Assembly (NCBI GenBank): GCA_964016885.1
Contig: OZ024743.1
Span: 126,294,001 to 126,358,000 of the forward strand
Length of the DNA stretch: 64,000 bases
Source of the DNA: Eledone cirrhosa
Lineage: Eukaryota
Direction of reading: 5' to 3'
The notes below the pieces were generated by a model. That model made no database searches. It was given only the letters and a program-made list of their open reading frames with translations, and was not told where the DNA came from. This document shows, in pieces, positions 37,605 through 49,988 of the stretch. Position 1 is the first letter of the stretch; each line of letters opens with the position of its first letter. Position numbers and translations under genes: made by a program.

Positions 37605-37910
37605 CAAGGGTGTGCAACATATTCAATTGGCAGGCCACTTTTGAACATTGGAACAACTATTAGGGCCATCAATATTTATTAAGCACTATTCCAAAGATCC
37701 ACCATAACATGGAACTGGGAAATTATAACAAACATAACCCTATCAGTGAAGCCCTTTAGTATAGGTCAACTAACAGAAAATTGTATTACGGTTACGAAAA
37801 AAATTATAAATAAACCTACAAGGTAAAAATTAAAAATGGTCATCGTGGGCCACTCTGACTGGTCTGGTGGGCTGGATTGTGGCCCGCAGGCTGCCTATTG
37901 CATGCCCCTG
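37605..37910. mobile_element. hAT (Charlie-like) MITE
   Basis: TIR CAAGGGTGTGCAA/TTGCATGCCCCTG; 8-bp TSD CTTTAGAA/CTTTAAAA; subterminal GGCCCGC motif. Confidence 0.8.
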
Positions 37911-39048
37911 CTTTAAAACGTTGTTTCAGCTCTCTGCACTCTTAGTTCAAATCCTGACTAGGTCCACTTTGCATTTCATCCTTTTGGGATTGAAAAATAA
38001 AGTACTAGCTCTTTGTGTTCTTAGTTCAAATCATGCTGTGGCCCACTCAGATGAAAGACTTAATCTGCCACATGGCCCTTGGGTGCCTTTAACAGAATCC
38101 ACTCTGTTTGCAGCATTTAGGCCAGGTCATCAGTTTGAGGATACCTTCCACCCACCAGTCTAAGCCACCCTGAAAAGGGTCATGGGCACAGCCTCAGTAA
38201 AACAAAAAAAAATCACATTTTCAGGAGTTAGAATCTTATACCATGCTTCTGGAGAAGGTACATAACTCTGCTTGCCACAGTATGTTTGGGCTTTTAGCCA
38301 ATTCTCTTCCTAATATTTATAGTTGTACCTGTAATTTAATGGGCCAGCTGTGTCACACTCTGTGTCATACTGAATCCCCCTGAGAACTACATTAAGGATG
38401 CATATGTCTATTGAGTGCTTAGCTACTTACATGTTAATTTCATAAGCAAGCTGTCCTTTGTTTGAATAGCTGAAATGCTCACTGTTGGAACCAATGGTGG
38501 TCCAACAGTACAGTATATGTAGATTGACATGTTGATAATAAGAACAGCATCAAACTATCAAACAGTCCTTTCTGTCGTCACTTGATCTCCAAAAAATAGC
38601 AACCAAATCTACCACAAATTACACTCCTACCATCTTAAGCAAGCAAGAACACTTGAGCTCATGTTTCTTTGGCTTGCCACTAGGACCTCCCACAAGAGAT
38701 CTTTTGCAAGGGGTTGTCATTTAGAGGTCCCTTCTGGGCTCTTTGGGTCCTGGACTGATAAACTACCTACCAGAGCCTCACAAACTATCTACTGTCATCT
38801 TGCAGTATTTTTTTCACCCAACATATATCAACTCTTTTTATTATGTATTCATCTCATTGATATCATTTTCTCCTCCTTCTCCTTCTCTAATTCTCTTTCT
38901 CTCTTTGTCTCTCATAAACCAACAGACATATCTAACATTATTATATATACTATCAACTCTGTCTCTCTCTCTCACCAATACCATCTGATGTCTCACTGGC
39001 ACATTACTTTTCCATGTCATTGCCATTCTCTCACACAGTATATATTCA

Positions 39049-40721
39049 TATCACTCACTCCCCCCATCACTCACTCCCCTCATCACTCACTCCCCTCATC
39101 ACTCACTCCCCTCATCACTCACTCCCCTCATCACTCACTCCCCTCATCACTCACTCCCCTCATCACTCACTCCCCTCATCACTCACTCCCCTCATCACTC
39201 ACTCCCCTCATCACTCACTCCCCTCATCACTCACCCCCCTCATCACTCACTCCCCTCATCACTCACTCCCCTCATCACTCACTCCCCTCATCACTCACTC
39301 CCCTCATCACTCACTCCCCTCATCACTCACCCCCCTCATCACTCACTCCCCTCATCACTCACTCCCCTCATCACTCACTCCCCTCATCACTCACTCCCCT
39401 CATCACTCACTCCCCTCATCACTCACTCCCCTCATCACTCACTCCCCTCATCACTCACTCCCCCCATCACTCACTCCCCTCATTACTCACTCCCCTCATC
39501 ACTCACTCCTCTCATCACTCACTCCCCTCATCACTCACTCCCCCCATCACTCACTCCCCTCATCACTCACTCCCCTCATCACTCACTCCCCTCATCACTC
39601 ACTCCCCTCATCACTCACTCCCCTCATCACTCACTCCCCTCATTACTCACTCCCCTCATTACTCACTCCCCTCATCACTCACTCCCCTCATCACTCACTC
39701 CCCTCATCACTCACTCCCCTCATCACTCACTCCCCTCATCACTCACTCCCCTCATTACTCACTCCCCTCATCACTCACTCCCCTCATCACTCACTCCCCT
39801 CATTACTCACTCCCCTCATTACTCACTCCCCTCATCACTCACTCCCCTCATCACTCACTCCCCTCATCACTCACTCCCCTCATCACTCACTCCCCTCATC
39901 ACTCACTCCCCTCATCACTCACTCCCCTCATCACTCACTCCCCTCATCACTCACTCCCCTCATCACTCACTCCCCTCATCACTCACTCCCCTCATCACTC
40001 ACTCCCCTCATCACTCACTCCCCTCATCACTCACTCCCCTCATCACTCACTCCCCTCATCACTCACCCCCCTCATCACTCACTCCCCTCATCACTCACTC
40101 CCCTCATCACTCACTCCCCTCATCACTCACTCCCCTCATCACTCACTCCCCTCATCACTCACTCCCCTCATCACTCACTCCCCCCATCACTCACTCCCCT
40201 CATTACTCACTCCCCTCATCACTCACTCCTCTCATCACTCACTCCCCTCATCACTCACTCCCCCCATCACTCACTCCCCTCATTACTCACTCCCCTCATC
40301 ACTCACTCCCCTCATCACTCACTCCCCTCATTACTCACTCCCCTCATCACTCACTCCCCTCATCACTCACTCCCCTCATTACTCACTCCCCTCATCACTC
40401 ACTCCCCTCATCACTCACTCCCCTCATCACTCACTCCCCCCATCACTCACTCCCCCCATCACTCACTCCCCTCATCACTCACTCCCCTCATCACTCACTC
40501 CCCTCATCACTCACTCCCCTCATCACTCACTCCCCTCATTACTCACTCCCCTCATCACTCACCCCCCTCATCACTCACTCCCCCCATCACTCACTCCCCT
40601 CATCACTCACTCCCCCATCACTCACTCCCCTCATCACTCACTCCCCTCATCACTCACTCCCCCCATCACTCACTCCCCTCATCACTCACTCCCCCCATCA
40701 CTCACTCCCCCCATCACTCAC
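39049..40721. repeat. 16-bp minisatellite (TCACTCACTCCCCTCA)n, about 104 copies
   Basis: Directly visible; explains the 688-aa and 583-aa ORFs. Confidence 0.97.
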
Positions 40722-41311
40722 CAATAAACAGACAAATACCAACAATGTTATATATCTATGAGTAGTAATAATACAAATAATAGTTTCTGATTTAAGCACA
40801 AGGCCAACAATTTTGGGGGAAGGAAAAGTCAATTAAGTTGATTACCATAGTTCCTATACATATGCATAGGTTCTATGTCACAAGCTTCTATATGTTAGTG
40901 TGCATTTCATTTTCTCCCTGTATAGGAAGGGGTCTCAGCCATGGACAGCTTGCCAAACAAACAAACAAAGGGTCAGGAGAACCCTTTAATTGTGTCAAGA
41001 GCATGACAACCTCCATAGTGTTGGTGTTCTACATGATAAACACACCCAATACATACTGTAAAAGTGGTTGGTGATAAGAAGGGCATCCAGCCATAGAAAT
41101 CTTGCTAAACAAAGGGTTGGGAAGACCCTCAGTTGTGTCAAAGGCAGGACAACCTCTTCTGAGCACTCGGTGGAACATGATACCATACATAAGCTTACAG
41201 GTCCCTGGCCTGCCTGGGAGATCAGTGGCTCCGCTTCAGTACTGACTTGGTTTATATGGATCCGTCCAATCCTTGCTAGCAGGAAAAGCAGACATTAAAA
41301 CAACAATGATG

Positions 41312-41705
41312 ATCCTGCTTTAGCTAGTGTGTTGTAGTAGTAGTTTACCTTGCTTTTTAAAATGTCACTATTTGCGGACAGCATAGAAATTCTGCTAGAT
41401 ACACTGTTAATTATAGTCTTAGTTATTGCTTTAGGATGGTTAGAATTATAGCTAATGTAACTAAGGTTTTCATTTAATTCATTGTATGGGTAGAAAAGGC
41501 CAGAGTTGAGGTTTAAGGTGATATCAAGGAACTTTAGTATTTTTCTATTATTTCCCGTTTCTACTTTTAGACCAAAAACTTTTGAGAATTTGATAATCAT
41601 TTTCTTTCCTATCCAGGGTACTGTTATCGTGTTTAACAAGAGTAAAAAGGGCATAATTATTTATGGTACACACTTCTGCCCAGTTCCAGGATCCTGCACT
41701 TAATT
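41312..41705 (-). mobile_element. Penelope-like RT fragment from a different PLE lineage
   Basis: GSWNWAEVC (cf. GSxDGAEVC) and KFLDITLNLNSGLFYPY...YISYNSNHP...RISMLS. Confidence 0.8.
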
Positions 41706-41719
41706 TGGTGGAAAATGTA

Positions 41720-43010
41720 TAAGCCAACATCATCCATTGGCTATATACTTCTCCCAACCTATTCTTATCCGGCCTATCATACTTTGCTCACCTAGATAAC
41801 CAAAGCTGTCAACATCTAAAGAGCCTTGTTGGCAACTGAAGGTATTCATTTTATATGTACCCTTATTGCTTACTTCTCCTGTGCATCTGCCACATACAAA
41901 TTCTCTCTTTTACTTTAGCCTGCCTGCAATCCCACCATATCTCTTGTGCGTCCATAAATTACACAGTGCACCTTATGGAATTTCTGCCCACTCCTTTTTG
42001 ACATATCTATCAAAGCCACTTCCCTGATGGTATCATTCTCCTAACCTCTTTCCTACTTATTAAGACTTTCATCTTTGCTAAGTTTACTTTTAGGCCTTTC
42101 AACTTCCATGCTTGAAATTTTGCCTCAGGCTTTCCTACACAAATTCAGCTATATGGAGTAGGTCATCAGTATGTTGGAGCTCCCATGGAGTGCCAGTTTT
42201 AAACTCCTCAGTAATGACCTGAAGGACAATGATAAACAAGAGTGAACTGTACTCATTGCCAACTGTCACTTTGCTGGTTTCTCCCTTATGCATGGCCTGC
42301 ATGGCTCTCACAAGCCATTCGTCTACATCTAATTTCTTAAGTGCCCACCAGATTACAGAGCACGGGATCTTGTCAAAGGCCTCCAGATTTACAGATCTTA
42401 GATAAGTACCTCTCCTGTAGTCGTCTCACCAGAAAGAGGGCATTAGAGGTATCCCTCCCTAGCATAAATCCAGACTGCATCTCATCTAACTTGATTTTTT
42501 CCCTAACTAGTTGTGCTATAACCTTTTCAGCAACTTTCATGACCTGGTCCATCAACTTGATGCCTCTATAGTTTCTTCTCTCTATTATAACTCTTTTGCC
42601 ATTGTAATAATTTACCATGATACTGCTATTCCAGTCATTGGATATGATACCATCATCCTGCAGTACTTGATTAACTATACAGCTGACTAGCTTGTATCCT
42701 ACCATACCAGATTCTTTTAACATATCAGTGACTATAACAGTTGGTCCAGCTGCCTTCCTTACCTTCTTGTCTTTCATTGCTTTATCACTCTGCTATTAAC
42801 TTTTATGGCTTGTCTCTCAGTAGGGTCAGCATGAGGTAGGCCCTTACTGTTCGATTTATTTTCCTTGCTCAGCAGCCTTTCATTGTAAGTCTTCCATTCT
42901 TCTTTCTTTTCAGCATCAGATAGTACTTAACTATCATTCTGAATTCACTTTTCCCCAACCACATCACAATTTTCTCTAGCACACTGTTTCACAATCCAGA
43001 ACACTCCCCT
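41720..43010 (-). mobile_element. Old RTE LINE RT fragment
   Basis: KAAGPT...NYRGIKLMDQVMKVAEKV...DEMQSGFM. Confidence 0.85.
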
Positions 43011-43181
43011 TGCTAGATATGTAGCGAGACCTGTCCACACCTTGAACCTTGGGTGACACCTAAAGGTCAAATTCTAGGTCACCACCCTTTTGGTGTGAAC
43101 ATGTTGATCCGTTGGCTATCCCCTCAAGGTGGGAAACAGGAAGCAACAGGTATATAAAGCCTTTATCATCCCACGTTTACA

Positions 43182-43590
43182 CAGAGACATCGGAGCACCC
43201 CACTACAGAACAAGCTATGTGAAAGATTCACCACTATCAACAGACCCCAGTGGTTTACAGAAAGACATATAGATCAGAGCTCTATGCTACACAACAAACT
43301 ATGTAAAGATTCACCACTATCAACAGACCCCAGTGGTCTACAGAGATACAGAGACATCGGAGCACCCCACTACACAACAAACTATGTAAAGATTCACCAC
43401 TATCAACAGACCCCAGTGGTCTACAGAAAGACATATAGATCGGAGCTCTATGCTACACAACAAACTATGTAAAGATTCACCGCTATCAACAGACCCTAGA
43501 AGTCTACAGAGATACAGAGAGATCAGAGCCCTACTACTACAGACCCGCTATGTGGAAGGTATTCCGCTATGTACAAGCCACAGTGGTGTA
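43182..43590. repeat. 83-bp tandem repeat with 166-bp A/B higher order
   Basis: GATTCACC(A/G)CTATCAACAGACCC at 43225, 43308, 43391 and 43474. Confidence 0.92.
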
Positions 43591-43801
43591 CAATCAATTA
43601 CAGACCATTACTATCTCTCACTCACTATGTCTCAGACTCACAACGAGAATTACTACAAGGGACTGCAACAAACTTTAACCACCAACAAATTTTATCTGGT
43701 CGTTCGCTGTTTTCACATCAACAACAAAATAACATTGTCAACCTGCTCAACTCTTGGTAACTGTTTTATTATACTTTTTAATTTGAAGTGAAGTAAACCA
43801 T

Positions 43802-44405
43802 ATCATCATCATCATCATCATCATCATCAGGTTTAGCGTCCGTGTTCCACGCTTGCATGGGTTTGGACGGGGGTTTTCCCACTTGAGGCAAGAGTGGTTG
43901 TCTTGCTCGCATAGGACTGTCTGGCGGGTTTTCTACAGTTGGATACCCTTCCTAACACCAACCACATTTACAGTGTGGGGCTGGGAGGTTTTTACCGTGT
44001 TGCCTACACGGCCACATTACAGCGTGGACTGTCTGGCGGGTTTTCTACAGCTGGATGCCCTTCCTAACACCAACCACATTTACAGTGTGGGGCTGGGAGG
44101 TTTTTACCGTGTTGCCTACACGGCCACATTACAGCGTGGACTGTCTGGCGGGTTTTCTACAGCTGGATGCCCTTCCTAACACCAACCACATTTACAGTGT
44201 GGGGCTGGGAGGTTTTTACCGTGTTGCCTACACGGCCACATTTACAGCGTGGACTGTGTGTTTTTTGTCGTGACACCTACACGATCTCATTTGTTTCGGC
44301 CTGGATGTTGTGGGACCAACATAACTTTACATTGAAAGGGGCGGTGTGGGTGGGGTGGAGGTGGTGGGACGGGGGTGTGTTTTGATAGAGGTGCCTACTG
44401 ACTGT
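43802..44405 (-). mobile_element. RTE subfamily C 3' UTR with a 112-bp triplication
   Basis: Matches 49989-50360; GGACTGTCTGGCGGGTTTTCTACAG at 43914, 44026 and 44138. Confidence 0.9.
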
Positions 44406-44786
44406 ATAAACTAAAATCTTTATTCTTGTTATAATCATTTCTAATAACCACATATAACCAAAAAATTACTTAAAAATACCTTTCGTTAAAGATATGCTTG
44501 CCTCTCTTCTAGCTACTTAGTATTGCTTGTCCATCCATCCATACACAACAGTTCGAAATACATGATCACAACTTTGTATTTTTACAGTTCTTTCTAAATG
44601 TTACACACACACATGAATACACAGTTATACAATATTTTTTTTTTCTCTCTCCAAATTTCTCTACACTCGAAGTGCGGGCGCAGTACCCACATTTTGTGTG
44701 TTTTGGGACACGCTTCTAGGAATCAGATTTCGCTACACCTTTTATAATCAATCGTTGCTCCTGCATCGATCTGGGTAGGGAACTAA

Positions 44787-45010
44787 TGTAGCAAGATCTG
44801 TCCACACCTTGAACCTTGGGTGACACCTAAAGGTCAAATTCTAGGTCACCACCCTTTTGGTGTAAACAGGTTGATCCGTTGGCTATCCGCTCAAGGTAGG
44901 AAACAGACTCTCCAGTTTTTTTGTTTTTTTGTTTTTTTCCCTCCAGACTCTCCAGTTTTTTTGGGTTTTTTTTTGTTTTAATGGTTCCTTTTACCTTATC
45001 ATCCCACTAC
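44787..45010. mobile_element. Second, partial LTR copy
   Basis: 44787-44906 is a near-identical direct repeat of 43020-43139; TTATCATCCCAC also recurs near 44997. Confidence 0.75.
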
Positions 45011-45210
45011 CATATCGTCCTCCACCTTGCTCTAGCCAAAGACCTGGTTCGCGGTTTCAGTAGAAATTCCCAAATTTTCTCTATGTTATGTTTTCAATTC
45101 CTCTTACACACACCCACACACAAATATATGTGTGTGTATATATATACCATCATCATGACAATTTTTACCGATGTAAAAACGATGATTATGATATATATAT
45201 ATATATATAC

Positions 45211-47650
45211 ATCATCATCATCATCATCACCGTTTTATGTCCATTCTTCCACGCTAGCATGGGTTAGACGGGTTGTCCTGTTGTGGGCAGTGTCCGGTCG
45301 GCTGACCATGCCTTGCTCATATGGGAACTGATTCTGGCTTGATTTCTACAGCTGGATGCCCTTCCTAACACCAACCTCATTTACAGTGAGTGCTGGGTAC
45401 TTTTTTTCCGTGGCGCCTACACGTCCACTTTACAGTGTGGGCTGGGTGCTTTTTTTGCCGTTGCACCTCCACGACCACTTTGCAGTGGGAGGGTGTGGGG
45501 GCATATTGTCTCTATGCTTCAGCTTCGGCTTGTACTCGTGGGGGGTCGGGTCTTCTGTATTACTGTGTGACGCCAGAGGCCATGGTCGTGTGTCATCGCC
45601 TTTGAGAGGTGTAATTGGGTAAGGTCGGCTTTTATCACCTCATCCCAGGTCTTCTTGGGTCTCCCCACTCCGCGGTTTCCATCAACTTCTAGTGGTCTGC
45701 ACCTTTTTATGCAGCTGTCATCCTTCATACGAATCACATGCCCATACCAACGCAACCGCCTCTCCTGCACAGAGCATTTGATTCCTCTTATGCTCAGTCT
45801 CTCTCTAAATTCACTTATGCTTTGCCATTCACGTATATTACTATTACACATCCATCAGAGCATGCAGGCTTCGTTTCTTTCTAATCTACGTAAGTCTTCC
45901 ACAGACAGCGCCCAGGTCTAACTTCCATGTAACATTGCTGTTCGTATACACGCATCATACAGTCTGCCTTTCATTTTCAGGGAAAAGCCTTTTGCAGCTA
46001 GCAGTGGCAGTAGCTCCCTGAACTTCTTCCATCCCGTTCTTACCCTAGTTATTGTACTTTCCGAACACCCACCTCCGCTGCTAATTTGGTCACCTAGGTA
46101 GCAGAAGCTGTCTACTGTTTCTACAGAGCCCTCCCAGAGTTTGGTGGTAATTGTTTCCTGTGGCTGTTTGCTGCTTGCTGTCCCAGCACAGCTGCTACAT
46201 GTGAAGCCTACATTCTTAGTTAAGCTTCCTGAGATCCCGCTACATCTCTTATGTACCCATTGTTTGCATTTGGGGCAGAGAATGAAGTTCCTACCTATAC
46301 CTTTCCTACATACTGAGCAAGGCCATTTCCCTGAAAGGATCTGGGTTCTGTTTTCTCGTCTACTTACAAGGACCTTAGTCTTTGTCAGGTTGACCCAGAG
46401 ACCCTTTCTCTCTAGTCCCAGCTTCCAAGTTTGGAATTTATTCTCTAGTTCTACCATAGATTCAGCCATAAGTGCGAGGTCATCTGCATACAGGAGTTCC
46501 CATGGGCATCCGGTCTTAAACTCCTCCATTATTGCCTGCAGAACCATGATGAACAGGAGGGGGTTAAGAACAGAGCCCTGGTGGACACTGACCTGTACGC
46601 TAAATTCCTCGCTATAGTCATTGCTAATCCTAACTTTGCTGACTGCTCCCCTATACATGGCTTGTACAGCTTTCACAAGCCATTCATCTACTCCTAGTTT
46701 TCTAAGAGCCCACCAGATTATAGCACGGGGAAATCTGTCACAGGCTTTCTCGAGATCAACGAATGCCAGATAGAGCGGCTTACTTTTAGCTAGGTACTTT
46801 TCCTGTAACTGCCTAACAAGGAAGAGGGCATCAGTGGTGCCTCTTCCTGGCACAAACCCAAATTGCATCTCATCTAGTTTCACCTGGTCCCTAATCAATT
46901 GTGTTATAACTCTTTCTGTTACTTTCATGACCTGGTCCATAAGCTTTATACCTCTATAGTTTCCCCTATCTAGTGCATCACCTTTACCTTTGTAGCAGTT
47001 GACAATGATGCTGCTGCACCAACCCTTTGGTATGATACCCTCTAGTATTACCTGGTTAACAATACGTGTGGTTATGGTGTGACCTACCGACCCAGATGCC
47101 TTCAGCATCTCGGCAGCTATACCCAATGGACCGGTTCCCTTCCCCGTCTTCATATCTTTGATTGCTTAACTAACTACGCTGCCGCTGACTTGTACTGCTG
47201 GCCCCTCTATAGGGTCCACTTGGGGTAGGGTCTCTTTTTCCTATGCATTCTCCTCATTTAGTAATCTATCATAATGGCTCTTCCACGCATCTTTCTTCTC
47301 AGCACTTGTGAGGGCAAGCTCATCTTTATCATTCCGGATACACTTCTCTCCAATGACATCACAATTATCTCTGACATACTGCCTCGCAATCTTGAACACC
47401 TCCTGTTTCTGGTCCTCACGCTACAAAACATGCTTGAATTTTCTATCCTCTGCTTCCCTCCTAGCTAAGTATACTTGTCACCTAGCTTCCCTCCTGGTCT
47501 CTATGTAACGTACCCTGCTTCCCCCGTTCTTCCATTCTTTCCATGCCTGTCTCTGCCTTAACTGCCTCATCTACCTTATTGTTCCACCACCAAGTCACTC
47601 TCCTCCTGCCTGAGGTCTTACTCCAGCCACAAATCTCATCTGTCACCTTT
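45211..47650 (-). mobile_element. Longest RTE LINE copy (subfamily A): RT, PHD-like finger and 3' UTR; 5'-truncated and disrupted
   Basis: 411-aa ORF with NYRGIKLM, QFGF, FVDLEKA, HQGSVL, LLYADDL, CSVC-CPKC-HKRC-CSSC, FCYLG. Confidence 0.95.
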
Positions 47651-47728
47651 AGTAAGTTATATATATATCATCATCATCATCATCATTTAACGTCTATCTT
47701 CCACGCTCGCATAGCTTTAGAATATAGA

Positions 47729-47761
<33 letters not shown>

Positions 47762-48387
47762 CTCGAGAGAAGGCTACGTTGGTATGGACACGTGATGCGC
47801 ATGAAAGTCGATAGCTGTATAACAAAGTGCAGGGCAATAAAGATAGACGGTAGCCACGGAATAGGCAGACCTAGAAAAACCTGGGACGAGCTGATAAACT
47901 CCAACATCACACACTTACACCTCTCCAAGACAATGTCACTGGACCGAGACCTTTGGCGGTACTCAGTAACAGAGGAGACCCGCCTTACCTAAATACATAG
48001 TAAAACCTACTCCAGCCAGTAGGCATCTCTAACAAAATACACCCCGTCCCACCCCCACCACCCCATCCACACCACCCCGTTCTATGTAAAGTTATGTTGG
48101 TGCTGCGCCATCCAGGCCGAAACAAATGAGATCGTGTAGGTGTCACGACAAAAAAACACACAGTCCACGCTGTAATGTGGCCGTGTAGGCAACACGGTAA
48201 AAACCTCCCAGACCCACACTGTAAATGTGGTTGGTGTTAGGAAGGGCATCCAACTGTAGAAAACCTGCCAGACAGTCCTATGCGAGCAAGACAATCACTC
48301 TTGCCTCAAGTGGGACTACCCCCGTCCAAACCCATGCAAGCGTGGAACACGGACGTTAAACGTTGATGATGATGATGATGATGATGA
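47762..48387 (+). mobile_element. RTE subfamily C 3' fragment
   Basis: ERRLRWYGHV...GRPRKTW; inverted copy of 49989-50611; (TA)n flanks. Confidence 0.92.
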
Positions 48388-48600
48388 TATATATATATAT
48401 ATATATTTAAAAACAAAATTTGTTTTTGCTCTAACATGGCAGATACATAAATGCATTCATGAGTGAATAATAATAATATTATAATAAAATTATTAATATT
48501 TGGTTCGTTATTATTCACTCAGGAATGCATATATCTATTTAACTAAAACAACAGAAGGCCAGACTGGAAATATCCCTTTAAAGTATTAATGTTGCAAAAT

Positions 48601-48660
48601 ACACTATATATATTTTTCAATGGCCTGGTTACATAAGACCCTAGTGACATCATCAGGTGT
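48601..48660 (-). ncRNA. Degenerate hammerhead (core present, stem II decayed)
   Basis: Minus strand ACAC-CTGATGA-...-GAAAAATATATATA|GTGT; an upstream frame ends in RPSLN, like GIY-YIG C-termini. Confidence 0.45.
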
Positions 48661-48773
48661 GAATTGTATAATTAGTTAATCAATAAAAGGAATTAAGGCA
48701 AACTCAAACAGAAAATAGAGAACATATTTGATTCAGAGATGGCCTCTAAATTTGGTGTTATTGTTGTGGCAGA

Positions 48774-49386
<613 letters not shown>

Positions 49387-49569
49387 AAATGTATGACCCC
49401 GACGGCAGAGCTCAAGCCGTTTCAGAAATAGCCATCGAAACAGCTTGAGCTCTGCCTCCGGGTCATACATTTTCTTATTACCCACTCTACTACCCTAAGT
49501 ATTGAGTACTCTGGTGCATTATGGTCCATCTGGTTCCTTACCACAACTCCTTCGTTATACATACATACA

Positions 49570-49605
<36 letters not shown>

Positions 49606-49616
49606 TAGATATAGAT

Positions 49617-49959
49617 GGAGGCTTAGTGGTTAGATCATTGGCCTTGCAACCGAAAAGTTTTGAGTTCAATTCTCCGACCGGGTGATGTGTTGTTTCCTTG
49701 AGCAAGACACTTTATTTCACATTGCTCCAGTTTACTCAGGTGTAGAAATGAGATGATAGGGACTGGGGTCCCTATCATTCCACTGCAAAGTGGACGTGTA
49801 AGCGCCACAAAAAAAAAACACTCAGCACTCACTATAAATGAGGTTGGTGTTAGGAAGGGCATCCAACTGTAGAAATCAAGCCAGAATCAGTTCCTGTCCC
49901 ACCCTTGCAAGCAGGGAAAAGCAAACGTAAAAGGATGATGATGATGAAAATGATGATGA
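49617..49959 (+). mobile_element. Second copy of the same SINE
   Basis: Direct repeat of 49014-49353. Confidence 0.9.
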
Positions 49960-49988
49960 TATATATATGTACAATATATATATATATA

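Larger units (their letters stand above)
43020..44737. mobile_element. LTR (TGTAGCGA...TCGCTACA) containing an 83-bp array and an RTE-tail insertion
   Basis: 8-bp terminal inverted repeat with TG...CA; TATATAAA at 43151; the first ~120 bp recur at 44787. Confidence 0.7.

Noticed and set aside
38661-40765. 688-aa and 583-aa His/Ser/Pro ORFs
   Set aside because: The 16-bp unit has no stop on the plus strand, so all frames give the same periodic peptide.
43182-43590. CRISPR-like array (also 33350-34090)
   Set aside because: Spacers repeat in A/B alternation, the context is eukaryotic and there are no cas genes.
45918-47153. Active autonomous LINE
   Set aside because: No endonuclease domain and stops on both sides of the 411-aa ORF; it is a truncated, dead copy.
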